A DNA stretch of 64,000 nucleotides from Fimicolochytrium jonesii (lineage: Eukaryota): the NCBI RefSeq assembly GCF_025526975.1, contig NW_026515687.1:186001-250000 (forward strand). The letters are read 5' to 3'. Positions 11,450-25,684 of the stretch are shown here, one piece after another. Position numbers and translations under genes: made by a program. Each line of letters opens with the position of its first letter. Position 1 is the stretch's first letter. The notes beneath the pieces were generated by a model, which worked only from the letters and a program-made list of their open reading frames with translations, did not search any database and was not told the DNA's origin.

Positions 11450-13673
11450 TCAGAGCCCAGAGACCTGAACAGCATAGACGGCGCCTCTGTTTGACACGAC
11501 AACGATTTTATTGCCAGTTTTGAAAGCCTGCTTCTCGACGGGGATCCGCAGCGTCCAGGCATTGTTGGCAACTTTGGCGGCTGGACCGAAAGGAGACGCC
11601 ATCGGCTCCAAACGCGCCGTAATGACAGCGTCGCTCTCAGAGCACCACCCATCCATGCGCAGTACTCCTCCTGCCCACTCGCTGTTCAGGGGCACGACCA
11701 TGTCGGGGACTGCGGCCCCCTTTGTGTTAGACCAGGGGCTGATCCAGCCGTCTGTAGTTTTGGCCGCGACCGCGAAATTGTGACACGAAGCACAAAAAAC
11801 TCCCGGAAGTTTCTCATGTCGCGGGAACAGCGGGTACATCGCCGCCACCGTGCGAGTCGTCTCGCCACTTTGGGTCTCGTACGGCTCTCCGATTGGGATG
11901 GGCAAACCACCGAAGTCATCGAACTCTTGAATTATGAAACTTTGGATCCTCTGGTTATACAGCGGGTTCGGAGTCCAGAACCAACCAAGTGATGCTCCTG
12001 CCGGCTGAGGGTTGTAAGAGGCCAGGGTCGGAGCGGGGACAGCCGGCGCGGGTTTGAATTGGAAAGCCTTGAAAATAGTTTCCGTGCCGTAGGTAGTGCT
12101 CACTTCGATGAGGACGGTATTGTTGATGTAGATGCGCTCTCCAGAATACGGAATGGATTTGTTCGCCACCTTGCCTTTCGAATCCAGGACGGGGTTGACT
12201 ACGAAAACCGGCTTTTGGTCCGCTGTGAAGGCCGGTAGCTTGCTGGAATTCTTCGCCTGCTCCCTTACGGTGTAGTGCATATTCCACCCGTTGGAAGCAA
12301 AGGTGACGTACTGAGCCTCTGTGGGCGTGCCAGCCGTGGCATTCGAGGGGGTGGATGTCACTTCGAGAGCTTCGAGGCGAGCGGGAAAAGGGGCGGAAGA
12401 CCTGATATTCTCCGCCGTCGATGACTTTGCAACAAGCGCGCGGACTTCGAATGTGTACTGTTTTTCGGGGTGGACGCTGATGGCGATGTGATCAGCGTCC
12501 GCAGGGACACGGGTCCCGCGAACGGCATGGCTTGCTTTATCGATCGCAAGAACGTCATATCCAACCACCGGGTCCGCTCCCGGTGGAGACGAAACGGGCA
12601 GCCAAGCTATGTTTGCCCGGACCTTTGCATCGCCCTTCGGCGTGTCAATTGTCGCCGTGAAAGTCGACACCGGCGGAACATAGGCCCCAGGTCCAGCCGG
12701 GCAGCCCATTGCGGGCCCACCGACTTGCGAGGGTTCATGTATAGTAATACCTAGAGGGTTTCCAGCAGCGTCAGTGGCTAACCATCCGCGAACGTAGTAT
12801 CCGCCGCCAGATAACGCCACGCGGGCCGCCTGTCGGTCCTCGAATATGAATCTTGCCACGAAACCAAGGAAACCTAGCCGTAAAGTTATCAGAGCAATCT
12901 TAGTTTCGCTAATGAAGAGTATAAAGCCTGATTTCAGTGAGGTCGCTCGTCAGAACTGAGTGAGTAGATACCTCCGGTGATTAGCAGCGATGAACTGTAT
13001 CCTTGATTCACGGTGAGGACGCCTGCGGTGGCATTGGCGGGCTGCGAAGCGCGAAGGTCCGTGCCGCCAGTAAACGGTAGGAGGTCAGGATTGGCGATAT
13101 GGACCTCGTAATGGGAGCCAATGTGCATGTCCCTAGCTATAGCTCCGCTGAGCGTGATCGCGTTGGCCCCAAAAATGGGATCGAAAACCGGCGCTTCATC
13201 CATGTAGATATCCAACACTCTGCCGTTTGCCACTTCAACGCCGTTGAACCAAATGGACACCACGTCTTGGCTGACAATATCCGGGGTGACATCCATCCAG
13301 CATACCCCGCCTGGGAATCTGGAGGATGAACATTCGTCTCGACTCGGTAACGTCCCGAACAACTTTACAACTTGCCTGGATGATTGACCTCGAGGGCAAC
13401 CGTTTTGCCGCTGATTTTGCCACGGGCTCTTCCCACGACAACGAGGACCCGGTCCGGGTTCTCGATGATCGCCCCAGCCGGCTTCATCCAGCGACTGACT
13501 CGAATCTCCGCGGTCTGACCTGCATACTTTCGGAATCCTTGAACGCTCACCCTGTCCCGGTTGGGGTACACTACTAGATTGTCCGGGAAGTCCGGTAGAA
13601 GTGCTTCTACGAGGTGGCAGATCAGAACAAGAACGAAGAGCACAGGTAACTGGGCACGTCGAGTGAGGAACAT
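11450..13673 (-). CDS. Secreted beta-rich protein with fibronectin type III-like modules, 3 exons
   Basis: Signal peptide (VLFVLVLICHLVEA). Introns 13311-13375 (GC-AG) and 12874-12971 (GT-AG) join three ORFs in frame (NHPG|GVCW, ITG|GFLGFVARF). FN3-like segments (IAWLP...VGYDV...YTFEVRA; FAVAAKTTDGWISPWS). Confidence 0.75.
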
Positions 13674-14616
13674 CTTGGGAAAGTTCTTTGCGGAGGTGGT
13701 CGGCGACCACAGACGTAAGCTACCGCAAGGACGAACGCGAGATTTTTACGTCGGTGTTCGAAGAGACTCGGAGGAGCTTCTGCCGTTACAATCCAGGAAA
13801 ACGTCTCCTCAGTCTGAGTCGAGGCCAATCGTCAAGCGAAGTTTGCATGTGAACCTTTTTGCCGCTTGGACGAGGAGAAGCGCCGTTCCAATAAATAGCG
13901 ACGCCTCCCCGAAGCGTTTACGGTATGGGGCGCATTCAGGGTCATAAACGATGAAAGGATGAAGGAAAAAACGATGAATGGATAAAGGAAGGCAAGGGAA
14001 AGCGTTATTGTCCGGCGATAAACAAACGGACAACATCGAGCTACCACCCTGGCTACCACCTATGCAACTTTGTTGAAGGTCGTTTATAGCGTGTTGACTG
14101 TGTTCTCATGTCCGGCCCACTGTCAGTCCCTGTCAAAAGCTCCGAAGAAGAAGATCCGGATGGCTCCCCATAATTACGGTTAACCATATCGAGCTCGATT
14201 GTAGGAGGACCGTTCATTTCCCATTTCCCGTTAAGCGGTCAACCGACGGATGCTGTCGAAATCCTCGCTCATTTCGACAGCGTGTCGATTTGGGCCACGA
14301 TGCTCTTCAATACCTGCTAGATTTGACGTATAAAGAATGGACCTACCTTATCTGGCGCAATCGTCAGAAGACCATGAGGGATATACGCATGTACGCCGAC
14401 ATATTGGAGATATAGAAGCGACGACGCATGAGTTTGTGGATAGCGGGTTCTCACAATACAACTTGACATTACAGTCGCTCCCATATAAATCAACAAACTT
14501 TGTACATCAGAAAGAACAGTAGATGCAGCTCATCAGGCTGAGCATGGGCATAACCCCCAAAAATGAGACTGCGTACATAAAACCATACGTATGATACAGT
14601 CACCCAGCCGCGCCTT

Positions 14617-17600
14617 CTAACAAGCCTTCATTGCCGCAATCTGCGTTTTGAGTTCCTACGACATTGCGTCAAAGACCTTTCCCGAAGGACCAACGAGGAC
14701 GATAATGGGCTGTCACTCATGCGTACCTGATACCGCCGATAAGACTGCGCAATAGGTTGCCTGTCCTGCGCAGTCCGCACCGCCCGCCCGTTGGTGCGCT
14801 TGAAATCGTCTTGGAAACGGCGTAGGCGAAGCTGGATGCCTTTCTTCTCTAGTTCCAGGGCTTCTAAGACTTCCCTATAATCGAGCGTAAGCATTGATCA
14901 TAGATGCGCATACGCCTCGGCGCAAAGTGCTCCCCCCCTCGCACACATACCGATCCATACCCCCACTCTCACCCTCAGCCTCCTCACACCTCTTCCGCAC
15001 CTCCACATAACGCTTCCAAAGCCCTCTAGCGACCTTTTTCTCCTCCTCCGTTGACGAGGGTGTCTTTTTATAGATCGCCTTCAGAAGCACCAGCTCGTTT
15101 TTCAGTTCCGATTTCTCGCTCTGGCATTGCTGAAATGTCATCTGCGAAATGTCCGAGGGACGCCGGTGGTGTTGCCGGAGGAGGTGGAGACGCTCGAGGG
15201 CGAGGTGAGTGGGTGGAAGAGGGAGAGCGGGGGAGGTGGTCGAGCTGAGGGGGGTTGGGAGGGCCTCGGCCGCTGCGATTCGGGATGAAAATTGAATGAG
15301 ACTCCGTTGACCATATTTGGCGTTTCCTATGACCGCGGAAATCATTTCCTACTCACGTCGAACCTGCGCCTTGATCTTCTTGTATCGCGCCACGAGCGCC
15401 CTCAAGAACTCCTCGTCCCGATCCGGTGGGTTCGCCGCTTTCAGGCTTTTGATCTGCTTGTACAGTGCGAGCATCTCCGCTCGCAGGCCTACCTCCTTCC
15501 CATCGGCGTCCTCCGCGCCCCCTGGAGGTGGCGATGTGGGAGATAACAGCGTGGAGGTGTCTGCCGAGAGATGACGTCGCTGTTTTAGGGGGTAGGAGGG
15601 ATCGGCGGATCCAAAGGAGGCTGCTGATCGGCTTTGCGTGCTGTCGGGGAAGATAAGTGATTGCGGCGTAAGTGACGGAAAGAAATGTGTGCTTACATTT
15701 GCCCGGGTTGTCCGTTGGACGCATTTTCTATATGGCCGAGCCGCGCGCTCAATGGCCGAGAGGCGCTACGGTTGATACCATGTTTAGCATGACCAACCAT
15801 GCTGCTCTGGCTTAGTTCTTCCTCACCTCTCCCGCCGACCGGTTTTCGCATCCCCAAAAATTTGCGGCCGCGTCGTTGATGTCGGCGTAGGCAGCACTCC
15901 TCCCGGCTTGTCCTCCCAACTTCGCCGTCGGGGAGCGTCATGCTCGGAATGCTGAACCCTTGCTGTGTGATGAGCAGACTCCTGTTGTGGTGCGCGTGAT
16001 GAGACGGCGGATTTTGGCATGGCGTTTGTTCGTGGCGAGCTGCTTTCAGGTTGTAAGTTTTGATTGTTATGATGACGGTGTCAAGAGGAACGATGAAAGC
16101 GTTTGCTTACTACTGGTATGATTTCGCTTCTTCGGTTCTTGCCAACTGCAGTGGAATGCGAATCAATAATCGATCCTCGCTTAAAAACGTTGGGGTCCTT
16201 AGGTGCTCACGCTGTTCAGACTCCGGGTATGTAACTGCACATCGACCGGACTGCTCCGCCCCTTCCTTGCATCCATCGCATTGAGGGAATTCACCGAAAC
16301 CCGCCGTTCAACCTCACGCGACCCCGGCTTCGGCGAGTCCGCAAACACCATATCCCGGGCAAGTCGTCGTGTATCCAGCGGCGGCGGCGGGGCAGATTGC
16401 GCCGGGACCCCCGTCTTCTTCGCCGCATGCGGTTTCGTCTCAACTCTTGCAGGTTCTTCGTCCTCCACTTCAGACCCGGAGTCCGACGCTGATTGTTCGG
16501 TTCCACTGGCATCTACTTCATCTTGAGACTCTGACTCCTCCTCGCTGCCTTCTCCAGGATCGGAAGACGCTGTTGTAATGTCGTTGAGCGGGATGTTGAA
16601 CGAGACGGATTTTCGCTTGTCCAGTGGTCTGTGAAAATCATCCGTGTCGTTTTCCTCTGAGAACGAGTCTGACTGCGAATCATGACGCCTGGCAGGCACC
16701 TCTTCATCGTAATCGTCCTCAGACCCTGTGTGACTCGGCGATGTACTCCGCGACGAGATCGCTGTTGCGGTCTCCTGAGTTAAGCGGCTTGCATGTAATT
16801 TGCTGTGTGCACTCCGCCCGGTGCTGCCAGATGACGGACGGGTATGACTTGCAGTAGGCGGGGAGAGGTCCGTAGTCTATGGAAGCGCTCAATTCACGAT
16901 GCAAAAGGTTGGTACATTGATCTGGCGGTCCTTACCGATGTCGATTTCGCACTGAAGAGTTTTGGAGCGGATCCCCAGTCTAGTAGGGAGTTCGATGTGG
17001 ATTGTCTTTTGAAATGGTGATGCAAAACAATTAGGACTGTGCCAATGGCAGCCTCTGCTTTCATCCACTTGTCTCACCGGGAAACGGGGTTGCTCCCAGG
17101 ACCATCCGCGGCCAGAGGCGCCAATCGAGAAGGGGCATTCAGCGATGCGGTTGTCTTCTGAGGTGAATCCATCTTTTCAATTGGCTCTGGCGTTGTGGCT
17201 GGACTAGTGAAATCCGAATCATTGAGCGGAGAGTCCAATTCAGACGTGTCATCGTCTGTTGTTGTCACAGTCGTTGCAGGCCCGAGAAGAGGCCGTATCA
17301 GAGCCGTTGCTTGTGCATGCGAGGAAGCCAGTTTGCGATTCTACATTTTCGCATTGAGCCCCAGAAATCCTACGAGGATGAACGGCTTTGGATCGCTATT
17401 CCTCACCCTATGCTCTTCCTCAGGTGCATCGTCGCCCCGTTCTAGTCGCACAGCATTTTGAAGTGGGCTTGACCCCACAGTCTGCCCATCTTTCCTATCG
17501 CCCCCAATATCTGTAGTGCTCCCTGCACGCTTGGACTAAACCGCCGCGGTCCATGTGAGTGAGTTGCATGAATATGGACTGGTGATGCAGCGACCTCTTC

Positions 17601-18946
17601 TCACATCTGTAAAGCTTGATCCCCTTCTGCGACCGATTGAGAGAAGCGCCCCTCCAACGTTCCCTAGTTTCCCGAAATTGCGTTTTGGTGGCAATGACCC
17701 CGTAGCTGTCGGGGAATCCACTGTTGACACGGAATCGGTGATGCTTCTGCAGTAGTGGGAAATTACCCCTGTTAGTATCGGATGTACTTCAGCATGCTAG
17801 AACGTACATTCAAACATGCGCAACCTGCTGGTATCACCGTCATCTGCGACCGAAGCGCTTGGAGTTTCCCAATCGGGAACCGGTACTGACTCCTTGGGTG
17901 CCACAATATCCATCGAACTCTCGTTCTTCCGGAATATGGACAGACGGCGCTTGACTGGCTCCTCTTTCTCTTTTTCTTTGATGACCTTCGGCGGCTCCTC
18001 GTCAATAAACTCCGGTGGTTCCTCCTGCATCATTAATGTGGCCAATCAGATGATCCATCGGCAACGCAGCTCATCTGTCCTCCTGTCGATGCGCTATCGT
18101 TTCCCCAGACTCTCCCAACGTACCGATCACCTACCGCCCCGAGTATCGCCTCCATGTCATCCAGTATAGACGCCATGATCTTCGACACGATCATACTTTC
18201 CGCCACAAAGCTCGACTGGCCGCTCAGATCCGTGCTGCCAGGTTTTGGCTCCGACGGGCATTTGAACACATTCGGCGCAAAGACAACGCTCAGGTTTGAT
18301 GTTGTCATGCGGTTCCGGTCGGCGTGTGATGCGACGAGGCGGAGGTACCGACATAGGTACCGGAGGGAGTGATAGTTTATCTGTGGCAGCGTGGACAAAA
18401 CTGTTCGGAGCTCTTCAACTGATCCTGTTAAATGAGCAGGGCTGTTAGGTGGGCCCGTAAGCACGATATGCACAACGGCCGTTGAATGATCTACCTGCGG
18501 CATTCTCCAGTGGCTTGTAGAATGTTTCCGGTATAAGTCCATCGGGTAGTTCTCGTATCCATTGTTTGAGCAGTGATGCAACGGCGGGTATGTCGGCGAG
18601 TTGGACTTCGCTCAGATCTATGCTGTTCGCTTTGTCAAAACGCTCTCTGAGGTCTTTCAGCGTTTTGGCTTGGGCGCCAGTCCGGAAGATGCCTTCTGTC
18701 CCAAGAACTAAAAGACGACGCACATCGTTGATTGCAACGTTATTACCATGGGTATATTGCTTTAGCTACCGTACCTTCGTCTGAGCTCAGCCACTTGATC
18801 AACTTTTTCAGAATATATGGCACGTTGGGATCCCCACTCGTTCGTCCTGCGGCTATGTCTCTTGCCAATAGGATCTCAATGGGTGAACCAAAGAAAGACG
18901 GCGCACTCGACGCTGATGTCGAGAGCCGCCTGAGGAACCTCTTCAT
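14617..18946 (-). CDS. RhoGAP protein with FAM13-like C-terminal coiled-coil repeats, multi-exon
   Basis: FFGSPIE...VPYILKK, EGIFRTGA (Arg finger), ASLLKQWIRELP, NRMTTSNLSVVFAPN. C-terminal EKKGIQLRLRRFQDDFKRTNGRAV...YRRYQ|ELKTQI. Confidence 0.85.
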
Positions 18947-19443
18947 TATTGATCAGATGCGTGCCAGGTCTTTCCGCTGAGGGATACTGGATTGATCTAG
19001 ATGTCGCCTTGTCTCGTATAAAATGTTTCAGGCTGCTTCTCGGACTGGCAGTTGAGAGGAGTGGACCGCAGGCGTATAGATGTTTTAAGTAGGTGCAATG
19101 TAGTAGTCAGAAAAGCAACTGCGGGATTGCAAGACAAGGGTTTAGTCGCAGGGTACTAGTGCCCTTCAACGACCAGGGAGGCCCACGTCAAATAATGAGT
19201 AAAACTGCGAGCGGCGATTCGCGTTCCGGATATGACAGCGCGTTTGATGCAGCCGCGCCACCTGTCAGTGCCCCGATTTGCCACCACCAAGCTGCCCAAC
19301 GCACGTTTTTCCATCCCACCAAATCCTGTGAGAACGGGCGACGGACAGAAGAATCCATAGGATGTGTCATTATGTAAAGTCCCATTATCATGGAATGCAC
19401 GCTAAAAATGTTTCAGAGAGTAATTCCGTAGTTTCCAAGAACA

Positions 19444-22400
19444 CTAATGTGCTGCTTTGCCAGGGACAGGCACAGGCGTATTGTGTTGTCTCTCATGCTC
19501 CTGCCTCGACACAAACTTCCGTTTGCCCCCTACCGCACCACTCGCTCCCTCCATAAGCCACTGACAAATATAAGCAGCGCTCCCCACAAACCGCACCGCC
19601 GACAGAGCCGCGACACTCCAAAAAATGAACGAAAGATACGGGTTCACCGTCCCGCCTTTCGTATCCACATGCGCATACAACTTGTCCATGATCGTCTGCG
19701 TGGAAAACACAATAACCAGGACGGAGTTGGAAAATATCCAGGCGAGGACGACTCGTGTGCGGTACATTCTGAAATAATCGTCGATCTTTGTTTGACGGTC
19801 ACGGGAGGAGCGTTGTTTTTCCGGGCGGCGGACGAGCCCTTCGAGGGTTGAGGAGAAACGCGAATTAAGCTCGTCTGCGTCGTCGAGGGGTAGGTCGACG
19901 GTCACCTCCGCTTCGCTGGAATCGTTTTTCTTTACGGCTACGGAAGTGCCGGCAATGGCACCCTGTGCAACGTTATCTCCCTTTGTTCCCCTGCAACATG
20001 CAAGACGTGGTCCGTGAGCGGTTTGCGTATGAGGCTAGCGCCGCTAAACAACCGTCCAGCCGAAGTGGAAACTTACCAACTGATATCATGCAAATTGCAA
20101 ACTAAAGGATATCGATGTTGAGCTCACATGTGGTAACAAAGTCAACGAGTTCGTCTCGCTCAGACTTACATGCATAAACCATAAACACATTAATATAAAC
20201 CGGCAACAGCAACAAATACTGCACCATACTCGTCACACAATGCCACGGATCCAAATGCAAGACCGACGACCCGAAATACAACCCATACGTAGACCCGAGC
20301 GATATCACAATATCGCGGAACGACGGTTCGTTGATCAGCTTGTGTCCGATGTTGTCCCAATCCGCCGTTGTTTTGGGGATCCCCTTGTACACGGCGTTGC
20401 CGCCCATGAAGAGCAGGAAGCCCATTAGGATGGCGAAGAGAACAAGGATGGAGTAGTAGAGGGTTTTGGAGCCTTGTGGTCGATTCCCTAAATCAGAATG
20501 GCTCGAGGATTAGTAGGGTCCCCTGGAGTGTACACATGTCGGAATGATGAACGCACCGAAGGAAGCAATGACAAGGGCGACGATAGCCCCGATATAGAAG
20601 TAACGCAGAATGACGAACATCGTGGGGCCAGCCCCATTGAATGGATCTGTTGCTTCGTTATTCGTTCCTTGGAACAAAAAGTGGAAAGTGAGGTAGAAAT
20701 TGCCCTAAATAAACAATAGCGTGAGATGAGCACCGATAGTGTCTGTGCAAAATCCGGAAAAAGCAAACCTATACGTACAACAGAAAACCAACTAAAAATC
20801 AGATTGTAGATATTATAAATCTCTTGAAAGCTCAGAACGGCGATTCGCGACCCCGAGTGGCTCGACCGCCAGAGCAGCTTGAAATTCGTCACGGCATGTA
20901 CGGCGGCGAAGAAGCTCCCATTGAGCCAGCGCCGCCTTTGCGAGATCAGCTCAGGGAGAGCGCCGGGTACGTCGGTCTCCGCTGAGGCGTTCTTGACGTA
21001 TTTGAGGACCCAGTTCTCGTTTAGCTTCGTCACGAGCTCGAAGCAGAGGATCCGATCTAGGTGCGCACATGAGAATAAGCGGAAGGTGCTCACTGGTTGC
21101 GGCTGGAAAGACACTACCTTCTGCGAGATACATGTTTGCTTTGAATACGTCGGTTTGCCCGGAGTGATTCTCTCCTTGGAAGTAACTGGCCAGAGGACCG
21201 CTGGTGGGGGTGGAATTCTGCAGAGCCTTGTATCGGTAAGCCGAGAAAGCCCCGGGCAGGACTTGAATGTATCCGAAGACCTGGGAAAGCAAAGCCGCCG
21301 TGAGACGGAGTCATCCGTGGCGAGTCGCAGGGCGTATATGTAAGCTCGGAGTTCGCCCACATACCGACTCAAGAGGTTTATCGAGAATATTCGACATTCT
21401 TCGAGGACAGGGATATTGTCAGTGATCAGTAGCAGGCGTTGCTAGCATCAGCTGACTTACTTATACTCGAAATTCTGAGCCGCAACAAGCGGATTCAGAA
21501 GATTCTTCCATCCTTTCCCGAGCTCGGCCACAATCTCCCCACAGGCACCGCCAACCTGGGGATCGCGATCGAAGGCTACCCGAGGAAGGGGTTTATGGAC
21601 CCATCCAAGGCACAGATGCAAGGGTGTCATGAGCCTCACCTCTCCATAAGTGGTAGATAGATGTCCCTGTCGGCTTTGTTCCGACGTCCAGGAGGACGCA
21701 TACGTTGGGGTTCAGGACTGGATAGAGTGGTGTTCAGCGAACGCATGCTCTCAGGAAACCATTTACCCGCGTTTTCAAGTTACCTGGTCCAAAGGCGTTG
21801 AAGAACCATCGGTGGCTGTTGATCTGGGGAGAAAAGGTAAGCGGCTGATCGGCCCTAGTATGCAACGCTCGCATCTACCTTCTTCGCATTCTTCTCCTTC
21901 AGACAAAACAGCACCTTTGAAGTATCGTCTTCGTCAGAAAACAGTCTCCGCGCGGTATTTTACCGAAACGGGTCTAACCTGCACGGGCACCATCCCATTC
22001 CGATGAGTCCGAATATTCAACTCCTTATCGATCGCGATCTGGGTGGTAAACTCAAACAAGTGCGCAGACACAGGTTTGGTCTCCACCTGCGTCCTCTCCA
22101 ATCCGGGCGAGTAGACGCCCATGACTTGCAGCATGCTCAAGACCCGCTTGTCGACTTTTGTGCGGCCGTCGGAGACGACGCATACGACGATGTTTTGCCA
22201 TCCGTTGGGGCCCCATGTGTAGGGGCATTTGTCAGAACACATGTAGGCTATGTTCTTTTGGACGCTGGTCATCGTTTTTGCGAACAATTCTTCGTCCTTG
22301 CCAAACATAGAAGGTTAGTCATGCCGTCAAAGCGGGGGTTTCCTCTTCCTGCAGTACAACCACAAACGCACTTCATTGTACATGGTCATCACAATGAACA

Positions 22401-23355
22401 GCTCGGTATCCCGGGTAAAAAGCTTCGGTCTCAGCGTATACCCCGACTCCGGCTTCCCAAACTCGTCAGGATCACACGTAACAGCGGTATACCGCAAATG
22501 AGTAAACTCATGCCCTTCCTTTATGTTGCACATGTCGAGATACCGCTCAGATACGGGAAAGTCCACGACAAAGTTCCCCGTCTTCAGGGGCACTTTCCGG
22601 CGCACAGTTGTGAATCTCCCCGGTCCTACTGCAGCCCCCGCGCCTCCTACATCGCCCAATGTATCTATAGACGCTGAGCCCCGTGTTGGCAATGGGTCTT
22701 GTGACGGGTATTGCCGTCGGCCCGGGGCGGGTGAGACGGGATTTGATCTGGTGTAATCCTGCATTGGATACGATCCTGATGGAGGTGCCAGGGAATTCGC
22801 CGGCTGAGGCGTTGTTCGACGCGGCAGCTGCGGTGATGCATGGGCAGATGGATGCGGAGATGCACTCGGCGTGCCATGATAACCCCCTTGCCTATCATTC
22901 GGCGGCGGATTCGGATAAGCTCCCGCCGGTGGCAGTGGCACCTGGAAGCTGCCTACCGACGGCTTCCTGTCGTCATAACCCAGTCGCGGCCCCGTTACTT
23001 GCGAGCGCCTCGTATCATTCAACGTGCTGCTCGCCTCTGATGGGGTGAAGTTTTGTGCAGGCGGGTATGCATGGCTGACTTCCTCATAGCTCGAGTGGGG
23101 GTGGAGGGGAGGTGGTGGGTTGTAACTTCCAGCTAGGTGCGCAGGCCCTGCGGGTCCGGGAACAGCGGGTAGGGGTCCGCGACGCTCAGGTTGTGGGGAG
23201 CCGTACGGTGATGGAGAGGGTGATGGGCGGGTACTCCCGCCCCTGCTGCCTGGTGGCGGCTGCGTTTCAGAAGTAAGTGAGCTTTTGCCGGAACATAGAT
23301 GCTGTGCGTTTGCGGGCTTGACGAGACGGTCCACACATACCTGATAGTTAGCCAT
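19444..23355 (-). CDS. Chitin synthase (division 1 type), many introns
   Basis: [62 protein letters not shown] and SWGTKG motifs. Confidence 0.97.
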
Positions 23356-23769
23356 CTAGAATTCTAAAACCAGTTTGAGCACGGCTGGATATCGAGTTCC
23401 GAACACCTACTGTATTGTATCAAGGCAGCCCCAGTTCCCGCTGAGCTAGTTTTGGCTTTTTACGTCCTTGCGCTGGTGCGGACAGCAAATGCTTTTCCAT
23501 ATACGAGGCTGTGGATTTTGCTGCCAAGACTTGCTCCGCGCACGCCGTTCTCAAAAGACAACGCGTTATGTCACTTCTTGCAGCCCGCCAATGCCGCCAT
23601 GCGGTGCGACGCGGCGGGAGAACGTGCCCACTTCGCTGCTATGTGCAAAGCGGTGCTATATCTTTGGTCAAAAATATGGTTGGGTTGATGATGTGTTAAG
23701 TTACCGGGGGGTCGTCCGCCTGGGACATGAATGAATAAGTTACTATGTAGCTAAACGACAAGAACTCTA

Positions 23770-25684
23770 TCAATCCCATCCTCCAACCAGCAGGTCAGGT
23801 GCAGGCTGCGTTCCAGTCTTCGACACAGGTTTCATAGCAGCCGGCGTCGCAGCTGCCACAGCAGGATCGAACGCCGTGACGGCCTTCCGCGCTTTCGCCT
23901 TGACATCGACAACTGCGAGGACTCCTGATCGGGCTGGAGTTGTGTCTTCGACGGGCGGTCGAGGAGTGGGTTCTGTGCGAGGGTCGGGTGCCATGGGAGT
24001 ATTTGCATCCGGTTTCGGTGGTTGGGAAGCTTTCTTTGACGGCGATTCTCGCGTTGGTCCAGCTTCTGGTGCAGCTGTCTTTTTCCGGCCTTTGGCCCCA
24101 GCGGAGTCGGCTGCAGGCTTGCTGCCGGTAACGCCACTTGTCTCCGACCCTCTCTTTGCTGGCTTGGGTGATGCCGCTTTCGCATCCGCCCAGAAAAACG
24201 GGTCGGCTGCATCGGCTTCTGGTTTCTCCTTCGCTGCCCGCTTCTTTCCATCTCCCTTCACGTCTTTCCCATTTGCCTTATCCTTCGGATTCGTTTTCTT
24301 CGCCGGGACGACGGCTTTCCTGCCTTCTGTTCCTTGTTTCCGCGCTACGTCTGCTTTCGCCTTTGTTGAAATGGCTTTGTCACCTGCGAGCGACGCTATG
24401 CTTGCCTCAGGGCGAGGTCTCTTTTGTGAACGGTCAAAGGGCTTTCGCGCCGACGCTTCCGCATCGCGCTTACGCTTGAGCGGTAGATCGCCGGCCTTTT
24501 CCTTCTGCACCTCCATCTTCTCTCCGTCACCATCCGGTTTCGCTTTCGGCCCCTGCTCCCCTTCAATTCTCCGCTTCTTGGCAGGCCGACCCTCCCCCTC
24601 CTCCGCGCGTTCTGCTCCCTCCTCAAGCACCGGAACACTAGCCTTCTGGCTTTGGATATGCTTCTTCAATTCCAAAGCCTTCCGTTTCGTCTTCCTCTCC
24701 AAAAACTTCGGATCAAACCGATCATTATCCAACACCCTCAGCGACGGACACAAAGTCAATATGCTCTGTCGGTACTCATCGTCCGCCTTCTTATTCGCTT
24801 CCGCCGCCCTCTCCTTCTCCTTCTGCACCAACGGGTTGCCCTTCAGGTTCAGATTGACCAAAGCCCGTAGCGAGGCCAACGAGGCAATGTCGGCCATCCC
24901 CTTCAATAGATTGTTTCCCATGTCCAGGATTTCGAGCGCAGGTAATGAGCGGATGTGGTCGGGGATGTTGAGGATTTTGTTGTCGTTTAGGCGGAGTTCT
25001 TTGAGCGCGGGCAGTAAACGAAGGTCGGGGAAGAGGCGGAGCTGGTTGTGCGCTACAGAGAGCTTTGTGAGGTTGGATAGCGAACCGAGACCGTCGAGGC
25101 TTGATAGGTTGTTGTGGGATAGAACTAAAAACAGATCATGCAAATTAGATTATGACAATTCTCTCACAATGTTGGACGGCGACACCGAAATGCAATGCGT
25201 ACCAATGGTATTTAGATTCAACAGGGTCGAGATATTCTCTATCCGGGCAATCTTGTTGTGGTTCAAAATGAGAGCCTTCAATGCCGTACATTTGCTGACA
25301 TGATGCGAAATCCTATTCACTTGGTTGTGACTTAGATTGAGAACTGCGAGGAGACCAAAGAAGATCAATACGGCGCTTCACAAAAGACCCCAGCGACAAT
25401 TCCGCTCACTCACCCAACAACTTCTCCAGCGTCTCCACCCCCTGACAACTCTCCAGCTCGTTCCCGGACAAGTTCAACAACGTCAGTTCCTTGTTATGCT
25501 TTATCCCGCTCAACGCGTCGGCTTTTTTTATGGAGTTCTTGCTGAGGTCCAGTTTATGGAGGTTCACGGCGACGGACAGGTCCTCAATGTGGGATATCTC
25601 CATCCCGGAACATTTGGTGGAGACGAGCTCTGAGAGGGGGGTGGAGGGGTGCTGGGCGGCTAGCACTTTCGGTGTGAGCTTCAT
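23770..25684 (-). CDS. Leucine-rich repeat (SDS22-like) protein with LRRcap and long Lys-rich tail
   Basis: Repeated LxxLxLxxNxI units over three exons, LRRcap YRQSILTLCPSLRVLD, basic disordered C-terminus. Confidence 0.85.

Noticed and set aside
12934..13710. Frameshifted pseudogene reading of the FN3 gene
   Set aside because: The frame changes are resolved by a GC-AG and a GT-AG intron.
23876..25303. 475-aa + strand ORF
   Set aside because: Antisense shadow of the LRR gene.
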